A DNA stretch of 64,000 nt from contig CAVYNY010000013.1 in the NCBI GenBank assembly GCA_963769935.1, positions 585,822-649,821 of the forward strand, read 5' to 3'. This stretch comes from an uncultured delta proteobacterium (GTDB lineage: Bacteria; Desulfobacterota; Desulfobacteria; Desulfobacterales; JAFDCJ01). Numbering within the stretch: the stretch's first letter is position 1; the number at the start of each line of letters is the position of its first letter. The notes beneath the pieces are model-generated. The model was not told where the DNA came from. It saw only the letters and a list, made by a program, of their open reading frames with translations, and made no database searches. The translations under genes and the position numbers were made by a program. Positions 30,828-41,148 of the stretch are shown here, piece after piece.

Positions 30828-31068
30828 AGGTTTCAGGGTTTAGAGGTTGAGCATTCAAAGGTTCAAAGCGGATTGAATATTGAAAATTGTAGATTGAATA
30901 TTTAAGGCGTTCCGTCTTTTTTAATTAGTCGAGCTGCTATTTTAGACCGAGACTAACATTGCCGGCCAATAGTTGAAGAAAGGCTAAAATCGATAGTATT
31001 CCACCAATTTTCAATATTCAATTTTCAATCTTCAATTATAACCATGACCCCTGAACTCTGAACCTGTA

Positions 31069-31758
31069 TCATTCCATCTCCTTGCCGAAGGCGGCCAGAT
31101 CTTCCAACCCGGCGCGATCAAGTACGGTGATCTTTTTGCCCTCGACACGAATCAAATTTTGGCCCGACAGCTTGGCAAAGATGCGGGATAATGTTTCCGG
31201 AATCGTGCCTAGAATGCTGGCCAACTGCCCCTTGGAAATCTTCAATGTGATGACATCGTCAACCCCCTGTTCTTCGGCCAGGTAGATAAGATAGGATGCC
31301 AGCCGGGCCGGCATTTCTTTTAGCGACAGGTTTTCGATCTGAACGGCAAACTGGCGAAGTTTTTTTGACATTACCGCCAGCATGTTCAGGGCCAACGAGG
31401 GATTGGCTGCAATCAAATTCACGATGGCGGCTCTGGGCAAAAAGAAAACCCTTGAGTTCTCGAGAGCCTGGGCATTGGCCGGAAATCTCTGGCCGGCGAA
31501 AACGGAAACTTCCCCGAAGGGCTGACCGGGACCTAAAATGTGCAAAATCTGTTCTTTGCCTTCGGGCGAAACTTTAAAAACCTTGAGGCGGCCTTCGCCC
31601 ACAATAAAGAAGCCCTTGCCCTCATCGCCCTCCGAAAAGAGAATTTCACCCTTGTTGACCTTTTTCTCCACGGCGATCTGTTTGATGGCAGCAATCTGAT
31701 CGCCGGGAAGGCCGTTGAATATCGGAATGGCGGAAATAACATCAGGTGTTTTTTTCAT
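31069..31758 (-). CDS. Crp/Fnr family regulator (HcpR-like)
   Basis: cNMP-binding fold (GKEQILHILGPGQPFGE); HTH LGTIPETLSRIF. Confidence 0.9.
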   Translation of the reverse strand: MKKTPDVISAIPIFNGLPGDQIAAIKQIAVEKKVNKGEILFSEGDEGKGFFIVGEGRLKVFKVSPEGKEQILHILGPGQPFGEVSVFAGQRFPANAQALENSRVFFLPRAAIVNLIAANPSLALNMLAVMSKKLRQFAVQIENLSLKEMPARLASYLIYLAEEQGVDDVITLKISKGQLASILGTIPETLSRIFAKLSGQNLIRVEGKKITVLDRAGLEDLAAFGKEME

Positions 31759-31811
31759 AATAGGGCAGATAACCAAATAAATCGGATTTGATCAATATTT
31801 TTCTCTTCGTT

Positions 31812-31825
31812 TTGATCTAAGTCAA
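31812..31825. promoter_or_regulatory. Fnr/HcpR-type operator
   Basis: TTGA-TCTAAG-TCAA between the Crp/Fnr gene and its divergent operon. Confidence 0.65.
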
Positions 31826-31921
31826 GGCATTATAAGAATTGTTGGGATAAATTAGGCTTAAAATAAAAAATCAAACGCTGCTGATGACGGCGATTGATTG
31901 AAAATCGAGAGGATATCACCC

Positions 31922-32650
31922 ATGAAATGTCCCGGACAAGACACCCAATACTGGCAGGCGGGGGCAATCTTTGAAGTTAAATGCCCGAAGTGTGAACATA
32001 CAGTGGAGTTTTTCAAGGATGACACGTCTCGCAAATGCGGCAATTGCGGTCATCGGTTTGTCAATCCGCAGATGGATTTTGGCTGCGCTTCCTACTGCCA
32101 GTATGCCGAACAGTGCATCGGGAATTTGCCGCCCGAGCTTTTGGCCCAAAAAGAAGCTTTGCTCAAAGATCGGGTGGCTATCGAAATGAAACGCTACTTT
32201 AAAAGCGATTTTAAAAGAATCGGCCATGCCACCCGGGTGGCGCGGTATGCCGAACGCATCGGCAAAAGTGAAGGCGGTAATCTGGCCGTAATCTTATCGG
32301 CGGCTTATCTGCACGACATCGGAATTTTGGCCGCCGAACAAAACCACGGCAGCACGGCCGCAGAATATCAGGAAAAAGAAGGGCCTCCCATCGCCAGATC
32401 AATTTTAATCAAGTTGGGCGCCCAGGAGGAACTGATTGAGGAGGTCTGCGATATCGTCGGGCATCATCATCACCCCGGATCCGACGACACCATCAATTTC
32501 AAAGTGGTCTATGATGCCGACCTTATTGAAAACCTTGACGAAAAGGTGAAGGAAAACCCGGCCGGCAGGGACAGACTGGCGAATAAAATAGAAAGAATTT
32601 TTTTAACCGCAAGCGGTCGCGAAATCGCAAAAGAAGTTCTGTTGACCTGA
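31922..32650 (+). CDS. HD-domain phosphohydrolase with N-terminal Cys-rich zinc-ribbon-like domain
   Basis: MKCPG...CPKC...CGNC...CASYC; LHDIG; HHH; DAD. Confidence 0.88.
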   Translation: MKCPGQDTQYWQAGAIFEVKCPKCEHTVEFFKDDTSRKCGNCGHRFVNPQMDFGCASYCQYAEQCIGNLPPELLAQKEALLKDRVAIEMKRYFKSDFKRIGHATRVARYAERIGKSEGGNLAVILSAAYLHDIGILAAEQNHGSTAAEYQEKEGPPIARSILIKLGAQEELIEEVCDIVGHHHHPGSDDTINFKVVYDADLIENLDEKVKENPAGRDRLANKIERIFLTASGREIAKEVLLT

Positions 32651-32754
32651 ACGGTCATCCGGTATCATAAAGGCGCGCATGGCTAAAGTTTTCGAAAAAT
32701 AAGTTGGTCACGAATTGACACGAATGACCACGAATTATTGTAAAGGGAGAGATC

Positions 32755-33531
32755 ATGAAAGTTATACGTAAAATTATAGAAATCGACGAAGACCTCTGTG
32801 ATGGTTGCGGCAATTGCGTGCCGTCCTGCGCAGAGGGTGCCCTTGAAATCATAGACGGCAAAGCCCGGGTGGTAGCCGATATTTATTGTGACGGCCTGGG
32901 CGCCTGCTTGGGTGAATGCCCGACGGGTGCTCTCAACATTGTTGAAAGAGAAGCCCCTGAATTTGATGAAGAAGCGGTCGAAGAATATCTGGCCGACAAA
33001 AAGAATGAAGAAGCCGGGCAGCGAAAGGTCCTGCCGATGGTTGCCGGCGGCTGCCCGTCGGCCAGACTGCAGACATTTGATTCGGCAAGGGCCGCTGCCC
33101 CTGTGGCCCGGTCGGTCGGCCCATCTGCCGAACCTGAAGCCGATTCCGCTCTTTCTCACTGGCCGGTCCAGATTATGCTGGTCCCCCCGACGGCACCGTT
33201 TCTGAAAGGTGCCGATCTGCTGGTATTGGCTGACTGTGTGCCGGTCGCCTTCCCGAGCCTTCACAGAGATTTTCTGCAGGGCAAGGCGGTCATGATGGGC
33301 TGTCCGAAATTTGATGACGCCCAGCATTATGTCGAAAAATTTGCCCAGATCTGCAAAGTTTCCGGCATTAAAAGTATCACCGCGGTGGTCATGGAAGTGC
33401 CCTGCTGTTCGGCCCTCCCCATGATCGTGAAAAAAGGCATGGCGCTTTCCGGCGCCAAAATCCCGCTGGAAGAGGTGGTTATCAGCACGAGGGGAAAAAT
33501 CCTGGAACGCCGGCAGGTACAGGCGACCTAA
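32755..33531 (+). CDS. 2x[4Fe-4S] iron-sulfur protein (FrdX-like, usually hcp-associated)
   Basis: CDGCGNCVPSC, CDGLGACLGEC, WPVQI, ADC, GCPK, MEVPCC. Confidence 0.88.
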   Translation: MKVIRKIIEIDEDLCDGCGNCVPSCAEGALEIIDGKARVVADIYCDGLGACLGECPTGALNIVEREAPEFDEEAVEEYLADKKNEEAGQRKVLPMVAGGCPSARLQTFDSARAAAPVARSVGPSAEPEADSALSHWPVQIMLVPPTAPFLKGADLLVLADCVPVAFPSLHRDFLQGKAVMMGCPKFDDAQHYVEKFAQICKVSGIKSITAVVMEVPCCSALPMIVKKGMALSGAKIPLEEVVISTRGKILERRQVQAT

Positions 33532-33714
33532 AAACAGGCGCACGGCTCAAGGCGCAAGGCTAAGGGCTCTGGGCTCAAGCGCCACCTCTGACGGTCGCGG
33601 TCGGCCATTCTGATCAGGTTGGAGACTGCGTAAAAATGCCGATGGCGTTAAAGCAGTCTTCTGCGAGCCCTCCGGGTATATGCATCAGTTTTCTTGAATT
33701 TTCTAGGTTGGGCA

Positions 33715-33783
33715 GGTTTCGGTCATTGATTATTGTGATTTGGAGTTTGTTTGTTATTTGGTGCTTGGATTTTGGAAATTATT
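33715..33783 (+). repeat. dispersed low-complexity repeat; inverted near-copy at about 47135-47200
   Basis: GGTTTCGGTCATTGATTATTGTGATTTGG...GTTATTTGGTGCTTG aligns with the reverse complement of 47135-47200. Confidence 0.75.
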
Positions 33784-34238
33784 TTTCGTCGGCTGCCATC
33801 TGTCTTCTGTCATCCGTCGCCTTTACGCTATGCTCTCTGCGCTATGCCCTCTGCGCATTGCCCTGCCCGGCCGCATTCTGCCTTCCAAATAATCAGTCTT
33901 GCGAGACACATGTGTTTCAAAAATTAATCTGAGACCGTATTGCAAAACTCTTTTTATTGTGATATTCAGCGATTACCTTTCGCCGTCTTAAAAATTCTTT
34001 TAAATCATAACATTATCATGTATCGCATATCGCTGTGACAGCATCTTTTTTTAAACACAGTTCGATGCAGGGGCAGAGGCTTGTAGACGCTTGGAATTAG
34101 CGCACCGCCGTTAATGTGCCGTCGGGTTCATCACGTATGGCATAAAAATTGAAGTTCATACAACAGTTGGGCTGTTGGCAGCAACGGGTCGCGAAACTCG
34201 TATGTTGAACTTCAAATTTTACCGGGGAGTGTAAAAGC

Positions 34239-34457
34239 GTGAAACCCTGCAACCGGCACATCGTCAAAACATTAAAGCTCGTCGACGAAATGATTAATCT
34301 TGCGGACCTGGGAGACACCGACCGGGAAGACAACGGATGCGGCATTCTTTACGGCGTCCTGCGCGATTCTGCTTTCAAACTGAGAAAACTGGCTGAAGAA
34401 GAAAAACTGAATCACATCCGCAAAGGCTGGTGGCAGGATGACGAATCCTATATGTGA
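34239..34457 (+). CDS. small hypothetical protein
   Basis: GTG start after GGAG; helical protein ...[20 protein letters not shown]...KGWW leading the rubrerythrin operon. Confidence 0.7.
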   Translation: MKPCNRHIVKTLKLVDEMINLADLGDTDREDNGCGILYGVLRDSAFKLRKLAEEEKLNHIRKGWWQDDESYM

Positions 34458-34498
34458 AAAAAATGCCGGCTAAAACTCTAGAGGTTGGAGGGAAAAAG

Positions 34499-35074
34499 AT
34501 GGCAGGATTGAAAGGCACTCAAACCGAGAAAAATCTTTTGACCGCATTTATCGGTGAATCGCAGGCCCGCAACCGCTACTCCTATTATGCGAGTCAGGCC
34601 AAAAAAGAAGGGTATGTTCAAATATCTGATATATTCTCCCAAACGGCCGATCACGAACGAGCACATGCCAAGCGCTTTTTTAAATTCCTCGCAGGCGGCG
34701 AAGCTATGATATCCGGCGCTTTCGCGGCCGGCATCATCGGCACGACGGCCGATAATTTAAAAGCAGCTGCCGCCGAGGAAAACCATGAATACACCGAAAT
34801 TTATCCCGGTTTTGCCAAAGTCGCCGAGGAGGAGGGCTTTGGGGAAATCGCCGCCGTCTTGCGGGCCGTGGCCGTGGCCGAAAAGCAACATGAAAAAATG
34901 TACCTGGACTTGGCGGCCAACATTGAAGCCGGACGTGTTTTCCAGCGAGAGTCAGCGGCAGTCTGGCGCTGCCGCAAATGCGGCTACCTGCATCGGGGAA
35001 ACTCGGCGCCGAAATTATGCCCGGCATGCGCCCACCCCCAGGCTCACTTTGAATTATTAGGAGAAAATTGGTAG
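34499..35074 (+). CDS. rbr: rubrerythrin
   Basis: [11 protein letters not shown] motifs, C-terminal WRCRKCGY...CPACAH. Confidence 0.95.
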   Translation: MAGLKGTQTEKNLLTAFIGESQARNRYSYYASQAKKEGYVQISDIFSQTADHERAHAKRFFKFLAGGEAMISGAFAAGIIGTTADNLKAAAAEENHEYTEIYPGFAKVAEEEGFGEIAAVLRAVAVAEKQHEKMYLDLAANIEAGRVFQRESAAVWRCRKCGYLHRGNSAPKLCPACAHPQAHFELLGENW

Positions 35075-35174
35075 TTTCGCTAAATATTTAAATCGTTGGC
35101 GGGAATTCATCATCTCGATCTATTCCACCAATCAACCGATCAACTATTCGACTGTACTGAAAGGAGGCAAAAGA

Positions 35175-35549
35175 ATGGCTGAAAAATTGCAAGTCTACAA
35201 ATGTGAGGCCTGCGGCAACATCGTTGAAGTTATCCATGGCGGCGAGGGCGAACTGGTTTGCTGCGGAGCGCCGATGAAACTGATGGTCGAAAATACGGTG
35301 GATGCGGCCAAAGAAAAGCACGTACCGGTCATCGAAAAAGTTCAAGGCGGCGTAAAGGTGAAGGTCGGCTCCGTGGCGCATCCCATGGAAGAAAAACACT
35401 ACATCGAATGGATTGAGATCATCGTCGACGGGAAAGCAGACCGCCAGTTTTTAAATCCCGGCGAGGCACCGGAGGCAATGTTTAAAACGGACGCCCAAAA
35501 GGTCACGGCGCGTGAATATTGCAATCTACATGGTCTATGGAAAGGATAG
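35175..35549 (+). CDS. dfx: desulfoferrodoxin (superoxide reductase)
   Basis: YKCEACGN...LVCCG; EKHVP; HPM; HYIEWI; CNLHGLW. Confidence 0.96.
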   Translation: MAEKLQVYKCEACGNIVEVIHGGEGELVCCGAPMKLMVENTVDAAKEKHVPVIEKVQGGVKVKVGSVAHPMEEKHYIEWIEIIVDGKADRQFLNPGEAPEAMFKTDAQKVTAREYCNLHGLWKG

Positions 35550-35554
35550 TTGAT

Positions 35555-36070
35555 ATGTTATCAGAGAAAATGCAGGGGGCGCTCAACGGCCAGCTGAATG
35601 CGGAGCTTTACTCCTCATACCTGTACCTGTCAATGAACGCTTATTTCAGAAGTATCAACCTTGATGGTTTCGCCAATTGGATGTCTATTCAGGCTCAGGA
35701 AGAGTTGACGCATGCCATGAAATTTTATGACTTCATCAACCAGCGCGGCGGTAAGGTGAGGCTGCAACAGGTCGAAGCCCCGCCATGGCAATGGGATTCT
35801 CCCCTGGCGGTTTTTGAAGCGACCCTGGAACACGAACAGAAGGTTACCGGCCTGATTAATGCGCTGGTGGATCTTGCTCTGACAGAACATGATCATGCCA
35901 CCAATATTTTCCTTCAGTGGTTTGTATCGGAGCAAGTTGAGGAAGAAGAGAGCGTCAACGGTGTTCTGGAACAGTTAAAGCTGATGGGAGAGGCCAAAGG
36001 CGGTCTTTTTATGATTGACCGCGAACTCGCCAAACGCAGTGCCGGCGGAGCACCTGCCGCGGCTCAATAA
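35555..36070 (+). CDS. ftn: ferritin
   Basis: [35 protein letters not shown]. Confidence 0.95.
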   Translation: MLSEKMQGALNGQLNAELYSSYLYLSMNAYFRSINLDGFANWMSIQAQEELTHAMKFYDFINQRGGKVRLQQVEAPPWQWDSPLAVFEATLEHEQKVTGLINALVDLALTEHDHATNIFLQWFVSEQVEEEESVNGVLEQLKLMGEAKGGLFMIDRELAKRSAGGAPAAAQ

Positions 36071-36280
36071 TATTGGTAGGTTGTCGGTGGCGCGTTGTTT
36101 GTTGTTTGCCGCCGGCGGCCTTTCGGTCGTTGACAAACGACGGGCAGGCGGCAAGCGGCCGGTAACCGGCAGATTGGTCCCAATGTAGCCGGAGATCACC
36201 AGGCGGCTTCCGTCTGCCGGTAATCTAACACCCGTAACAACGGACAACAAACAACGCCCAAATATGAAGGAGGTAATTGT

Positions 36281-36448
36281 ATGCCAAGCTGGAAATGCTC
36301 GAATTGCGGCTACACCTTTGAAGCGGACGCGCATCCCAATGCGTGTCCGTCATGCAAGGAGAAATGCGAATTTCTCGATAATACCTGCTATACGCCGGAT
36401 TGCGCCTACGAGGGTACCGATGACAGAATCGGTAAACCGAAAGCCTGA
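36281..36448 (+). CDS. small rubredoxin-like protein (55 aa)
   Basis: AAGGAGG RBS; MPSWKCSNCGYTFEADAHPNACPSCKEKCEFLDNTCYTPDC... Not in the ORF track. Confidence 0.85.
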   Translation: MPSWKCSNCGYTFEADAHPNACPSCKEKCEFLDNTCYTPDCAYEGTDDRIGKPKA

Positions 36449-36554
36449 TTCTGCTTAAACAGACGGAGGGCCGAGTAGACCGTCTCCTCAGGTTGATCGA
36501 TGACACTAGGCGTAAAATTTAGGCACGGTAATTTAGCGTGTGGGAGAGAATAAT

Positions 36555-36989
36555 ATGGCAAAAATCCTTATCGTCTATGCCACCAGGACCGGTGAAACTC
36601 AAAATATCGCGGATCTGATTGCCGAAGGAATTCGGTTTTCCGGCCATCAAGCAAAAGTCGCCAGCGTCAAAGAAATTAAAAATGAAGCCGATCTGGCAGG
36701 CTATGACGGCTATGTTTTTGGATCGTCTACCTACCATGGCGAGATGCTTCAGGGCATGAAGACCTTGCTGTTTCTGGCCGAGAATGCAAATCTTGCCGGC
36801 AAAGTCGGCGGCGCCTTTGGCTCCTTCGGATGGAGCGGTGAAGCCAACGACCGTATTTTTGATACCATGAAGCACATCTTTAAAATGGATATGGTCGGCG
36901 ATACGCTGCGATTAAAGTCAAGCTCCCTCGGTGGCGGCCTGCAGATGGCCCAGGAATACGGAAGGCAGATCGCCAAAAAACTAGGTTGA
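36555..36989 (+). CDS. flavodoxin
   Basis: VYATRTGET, GSSTYHG, FGSFGWSG. Confidence 0.92.
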   Translation: MAKILIVYATRTGETQNIADLIAEGIRFSGHQAKVASVKEIKNEADLAGYDGYVFGSSTYHGEMLQGMKTLLFLAENANLAGKVGGAFGSFGWSGEANDRIFDTMKHIFKMDMVGDTLRLKSSSLGGGLQMAQEYGRQIAKKLG

Positions 36990-37037
36990 AGATACTAACT
37001 ATCATAAATCAAATACCAATACATTGTGGAGGACGTC

Positions 37038-37253
37038 ATGGCTGATAAAGTTTCAACCCCCCAGCATTGCCCCGGTTATGCCGATTTTAAAAATTTAAAG
37101 GTGGTTGTCTGCAAATGCAGCAAATGCGGCAAGGAGAAAGAAATCTTTTCAGATGAATTCAATAAGGCCCACACGTGCAGCGGATGCAATGAACCCATCG
37201 ATTTTAGCGCCTGTTCGATCGAAGGGGAAGGCAAAAGTATTTCTCCACGCTAG
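37038..37253 (+). CDS. small Cys-rich zinc-ribbon-like protein
   Basis: HCPG...CSKC...EIFSDE...CSGC; GGAGG RBS. Confidence 0.75.
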   Translation: MADKVSTPQHCPGYADFKNLKVVVCKCSKCGKEKEIFSDEFNKAHTCSGCNEPIDFSACSIEGEGKSISPR

Positions 37254-37346
37254 GCGCGAATTGAGTTGGGCGAGTGGTGGTGGACAATGGTCAATTGGGG
37301 TAAAATCCCTAACTTGTAACTTATAAAATTTGTGAGAAGAACATCA

Positions 37347-38336
37347 ATGCTGGTTGTCGGTTTACAGGGTAGTCCCAGGAAAAAAGGCAATACCAATTTT
37401 CTGCTCTCAGCGTTTATGGAGGCGGCCGAAAAAAAAGGCGCTCGAACCCATACGGTTGATGTAACGAAAAAAAATATTTTTCCCTGCAAGGAGTACACCG
37501 TCTGCGAAAAAAAGGGCTTTTGCCCGATTGATGACGATGTCCGAGATGAAATATATCCGTTGTTGCGCCAGGCGGATGTGGTGGTTTTGGCAACACCGAT
37601 CTTTTTTTACAACATGAGCTCCCAGCTTAAGGCCGTGATCGATCGTTGTCAGATGTTCTGGGCCAGAAAATATAAACTCAAGCTGAAGGATCCCGGCGCC
37701 GATATGCGACGCGGGTTTTTACTTTCAGTCGGGGCCACCAAAGGCAAGAACCTGTTCGAGGGCCTTCAACTGACCACCCAGTATTTCTTTGACGCCATCT
37801 GGGCAAAATTTGAAGGCAGCCTGACCTATCGCGGGATCGAGGGACCCAACGACATGGCCGGCTATCCGACGGTTCTGGAAGATGTTGCCAAGGCAGTGGA
37901 CAACACCTTGGCCCCCTTCCTGGGAAGGAAAAAAGTGCTTTTTGCCTGCCGCGAAAATGCCTGCCGCAGCCAGATGGCCGGTGCCTTTGCTCAATTTACA
38001 GCCGGTGATAAATTCGAGGTCCTGAATGCGGGCAGTGAGCCCGCCGAACAGGTAAATCCGGATATGGTTGCGGTTATGCATGAAAAGGGCATCGATATGG
38101 GATATCGGGTTCCGCAATCAATTGCGGCGGTAATTTCACACGCTAAGCCTGACTATATCGTCACCATGGGGTGTAAAGAGGAGTGCCCGCATGTCCCGGG
38201 TGCACGGAGACTGGACTGGGATCTGCCGGATCCGGCGGGCAAGCCGATAGAATTTATGCGGGACGTTCGCGATGAAATTGAAAAAAGAGTAAAAACCTTC
38301 ATTGACGACATCGCCTCACCCGGACCGGACGGTTGA
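37347..38336 (+). CDS. iron-sulfur flavoprotein/FMN reductase fused to ArsC-type (LMW-PTP) domain
   Basis: GSPRKKGNT, ATPIFFY, KAVIDR; then CRENACRSQMA, TMGC.EECP, WDLPDP. Confidence 0.88.
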   Translation: MLVVGLQGSPRKKGNTNFLLSAFMEAAEKKGARTHTVDVTKKNIFPCKEYTVCEKKGFCPIDDDVRDEIYPLLRQADVVVLATPIFFYNMSSQLKAVIDRCQMFWARKYKLKLKDPGADMRRGFLLSVGATKGKNLFEGLQLTTQYFFDAIWAKFEGSLTYRGIEGPNDMAGYPTVLEDVAKAVDNTLAPFLGRKKVLFACRENACRSQMAGAFAQFTAGDKFEVLNAGSEPAEQVNPDMVAVMHEKGIDMGYRVPQSIAAVISHAKPDYIVTMGCKEECPHVPGARRLDWDLPDPAGKPIEFMRDVRDEIEKRVKTFIDDIASPGPDG

Positions 38337-38419
38337 AACGAAGCGAAAATCCGGATTTAGCACGCAACGATAACAGATACGCCCAATAAGAAGAAAAATT
38401 AAAAAAAAGGAGGAAACGC

Positions 38420-38578
38420 ATGGACAGGTATGTATGCACGATTTGCGGTTATGTGTACGATCCGGAGCAGGGTGACCCGGACAATGGAGTGGCTCCCGGA
38501 ACCAAATGGGAAGATGTGCCTGATGACTGGGAATGCCCGGTGTGCGGCGCGCCCAAGGATGATTTCGAAAAGGAATAA
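38420..38578 (+). CDS. rub: rubredoxin
   Basis: [61 protein letters not shown]. Not in the ORF track. Confidence 0.97.
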   Translation: MDRYVCTICGYVYDPEQGDPDNGVAPGTKWEDVPDDWECPVCGAPKDDFEKE

Positions 38579-38614
38579 AAGCAGGCTCAAGTTTTGAAAA
38601 ATTTACAAGAATTC

Positions 38615-38670
38615 GATGCCCTTTTTAGGCAGAAATCCGACATTTCGTCTAAAAAGGGCATCCATTTTTT
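38615..38670 (+). terminator. long hairpin terminator after rubredoxin
   Basis: GATGCCCTTTTTAG...CTAAAAAGGGCATC followed by a T run. Confidence 0.7.
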
Positions 38671-38761
38671 GGGATCGAAATTTGTTTCCCAACCAAAAAA
38701 CCTCAAACGGCATGCAGGTTGCCTAAAAATGAATCATGTTTATCTTAAATCCTTCGGACGC

Positions 38762-38840
38762 TAGGGTTCACGAAAAAATAAGTTCATAATCTTAGGCGTT
38801 GGGGCGCCCGACTGACAAGGCGCGAAAACGCAGAAATATA
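38762..38840 (+). repeat. truncated half-copy of the MITE-like element at 57051
   Basis: AGGGTTCAC..AA..AA.TTCA...TTAGGCG.TG.GGCGC...CAAGGCGCGAAAACGCAG.AATAT is shared with 57051-57130. Confidence 0.7.
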
Positions 38841-38880
38841 AGGGAAATCGTTAACCTGAAAATTTAGACTGAGGAGTAAA

Positions 38881-40080
38881 ATGGATCCGCAACAAATTTC
38901 GGAAGGTATTTTCAATGTCGGTGTTACAGACTGGAATATTAGGGATTTCCATGGATATTCCACCGAGCTTGGCACGACCTATAACGCGTTTCTAATTGTA
39001 GATCGGAAGACGGCTCTGGTGGATACCGTAAGGCAGGGCTTTTCCGACCAGTTGCTCGACAATATCTCCAGGGTGATCGATCCCAAAAAAATCGATTATG
39101 TGATCAGCAATCACACCGAAATGGACCACTCCGGGAGTCTGGCCCGGGTGATGCATCGCATCGGCGAAGACAAGCCTATCTATTGCTCGAAAATGGGCCA
39201 CAAAAACTTGGCGCAGCATTTCCGGCAAAAGTGGAATTACAGGCCCGTCGCCAACGGGGAAGAACTGAGCCTGGGCCGCCGCACGCTGATGTTTCTGGAA
39301 ACCCGCATGATCCACTGGCCGGACAGTATGTTTACCTATTTGAAGGATGACAAGATCTTATTTTCGAGCGACGGCTTTGGCCAGCATTACGCGGGGCCGG
39401 AAAAATATGATGATGAGGTCGGCGACAAGATCATGCAGCATGCCAAAAAGTACTTTGCCAATATTCTGCTGCTGTATTCGACCCACATCCAAAAGCTGCT
39501 GGACAATGTATTGAGTCTGGGCCTGGAATTCAAGATGATATGTCCGGATCACGGCATTATTTGGCGCAAAGATCCGGCCAAAATCGTTGATGCTTACGTG
39601 CAGTGGGTCCGCCAGGAACCCCGGCCGAGGGCCGTGGTGGTATACGATACCATGTGGCACAGTACGGAGAAAATGGCCGAAAACATTGTAGCAGGCATCA
39701 ACCGGGAAGGGATACCGGCGATGCCGCTGCATTTGAGAAAATGGCACCGCAGTGAGGTAATGACGAAAGTTTTTGACGCCCGCGCGGTCGTGGTCGGGTC
39801 GCCGACATTGAACAACCAGCTGTTCCCCTCCCTGGCGGACTTTCTCACCTACATGAAAGGGTTAAAGCCGTTGAACAAAATTGGGGCGGCCTTTGGTTCC
39901 TATGGCTGGAGCGGTGAGGCCGTTAAAATGATCAACAACGAGCTCGAGGCCATGAAGTTTGAAATCATCGATCCCGGGCTGAGAGTTCAATATGTACCGG
40001 ACAAAGAAGCCCTGGCAAACTGCTTTGAACTGGGCCGTAAGATAGGTAAGGCCGTCAAAAATGAAAATACCGGTTGTTGA
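38881..40080 (+). CDS. fprA: flavodiiron protein FprA (rubredoxin:O2/NO oxidoreductase)
   Basis: GTTYNAFL, NHTEMDHSG, HWPDSM, SDGFGQH, CPDHG; C-terminal flavodoxin domain. Confidence 0.95.
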   Translation: MDPQQISEGIFNVGVTDWNIRDFHGYSTELGTTYNAFLIVDRKTALVDTVRQGFSDQLLDNISRVIDPKKIDYVISNHTEMDHSGSLARVMHRIGEDKPIYCSKMGHKNLAQHFRQKWNYRPVANGEELSLGRRTLMFLETRMIHWPDSMFTYLKDDKILFSSDGFGQHYAGPEKYDDEVGDKIMQHAKKYFANILLLYSTHIQKLLDNVLSLGLEFKMICPDHGIIWRKDPAKIVDAYVQWVRQEPRPRAVVVYDTMWHSTEKMAENIVAGINREGIPAMPLHLRKWHRSEVMTKVFDARAVVVGSPTLNNQLFPSLADFLTYMKGLKPLNKIGAAFGSYGWSGEAVKMINNELEAMKFEIIDPGLRVQYVPDKEALANCFELGRKIGKAVKNENTGC

Positions 40081-40282
40081 ATTAAGTGACTGCAAAGTAT
40101 GCGGTGTCTGTGTGGAAGCCTGTCCGGAGGTATTCCGATTAAATGAAGCCGGCTACATCGAAGTCATCGATTTGGCAGGCTATCCGGAAAAAGATGTCAA
40201 TGAAGCCATTAAACACTGCCCGGCCGATTGCATCTCCTGGCTTGATGAATTAAAGGCAGAAGATACCAAGCTAAAATCATAA
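40061..40282 (+). CDS. ferredoxin (single cluster)
   Basis: CKVCGVCVEACPEVF...CPADCI. Confidence 0.88.
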   Translation: MKIPVVELSDCKVCGVCVEACPEVFRLNEAGYIEVIDLAGYPEKDVNEAIKHCPADCISWLDELKAEDTKLKS

Positions 40283-40286
40283 GGGA

Positions 40287-41006
40287 ATGCAAAACCAGAA
40301 ATTAGGCGGTCGCAAGATCAAGAAAATGATTCAGCAGTTGCTGCTGGCCGAAGATTTTAAAGAGGGGATTGATGCGATTTGCCAATTGCCTCCCAGGCAG
40401 GCTGTCAATCCGCTCTTTTCCTTTTTGTGCAGCCCGGACGAACGGTTGAAATGGCGCGCGGTAACGGCAATGGGCAGGGTTGTCTCCGATCTGGCCGCAA
40501 TCGATTTTGAATCAGCCAGGGTCATCATGCGACGCTTTATCTGGCAATTGAACGACGAATCCGGCGGGATCGGATGGGGCTGCCCGGAGTCGATGGCTGA
40601 GGCGATGGCCCAAAATGAAAGACTGGCCGAGGAATACGGGTCCTTGCTGATATCCTATATCCAGCCCGCCGGTAATTTCCTGGAACATGAAATCCTGCAG
40701 CGGGGCGTCATCTGGGCAATCGGCCGATTGGCCCACAGCCGTCCCGAGTACGTCCGGTGGGCGGCGGCGTTCCTTCGGCCCTATATGGCCTCCGCGGACC
40801 CCATTCTCAGGGGCCTGGCGGTCTGGGCCGCAGCTCCCATCGCCGGCCGGGAATTGATTCCAGGACTCAAGCAGCTTATCCATGACCGCGGCGAACTCAG
40901 CCTATACTGCAATGGAGATACGGCTCGTTATTCGGTGGGACGACTGGCCGCCACGGCATTAACGGCTGCCGAACAGCGCAGGCTTAACTCTGTAAATGAC
41001 CTGTGA
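40287..41006 (+). CDS. HEAT-repeat protein (DVU0298-like)
   Basis: MRRFIWQLNDESGGIGWGCPE motif; RGVIWAIGRL. Confidence 0.8.
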   Translation: MQNQKLGGRKIKKMIQQLLLAEDFKEGIDAICQLPPRQAVNPLFSFLCSPDERLKWRAVTAMGRVVSDLAAIDFESARVIMRRFIWQLNDESGGIGWGCPESMAEAMAQNERLAEEYGSLLISYIQPAGNFLEHEILQRGVIWAIGRLAHSRPEYVRWAAAFLRPYMASADPILRGLAVWAAAPIAGRELIPGLKQLIHDRGELSLYCNGDTARYSVGRLAATALTAAEQRRLNSVNDL

Positions 41007-41014
41007 TTAAGGCA

Positions 41015-41065
41015 GTAAAGAATCCTGGCCCAGCTTCCTGCCCGTAGGCCAACAGCCCGGAGGGA
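41015..41065 (+). repeat. dispersed repeat with nested insert (copy 2)
   Basis: GTAAAGAATCCTGGCCCAGCTTCCTGCCCGTAGGCCAACAGCCCGGAGGGA; two differences from the copy at 8267. Confidence 0.8.
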
Positions 41066-41148
41066 GGGGTGCTCGTCACCGTCAGATAATCCATGGAATA
41101 ATGGAATACTGGCCTCCGGCTCGGAGAGCCTACGGATCGGAGAGAAAA

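Noticed and set aside
33636..33932. Hydrophobic 98-aa ORF
   Set aside because: It is a translation of low-complexity intergenic repeats.
34138..34153. sigma54 promoter TGGCATAAAAATTGAA before the rbr operon (and TGGCATAAATTTTGTA near 54718-54733)
   Set aside because: The -12 GC is not conserved, so these are too weak to call.
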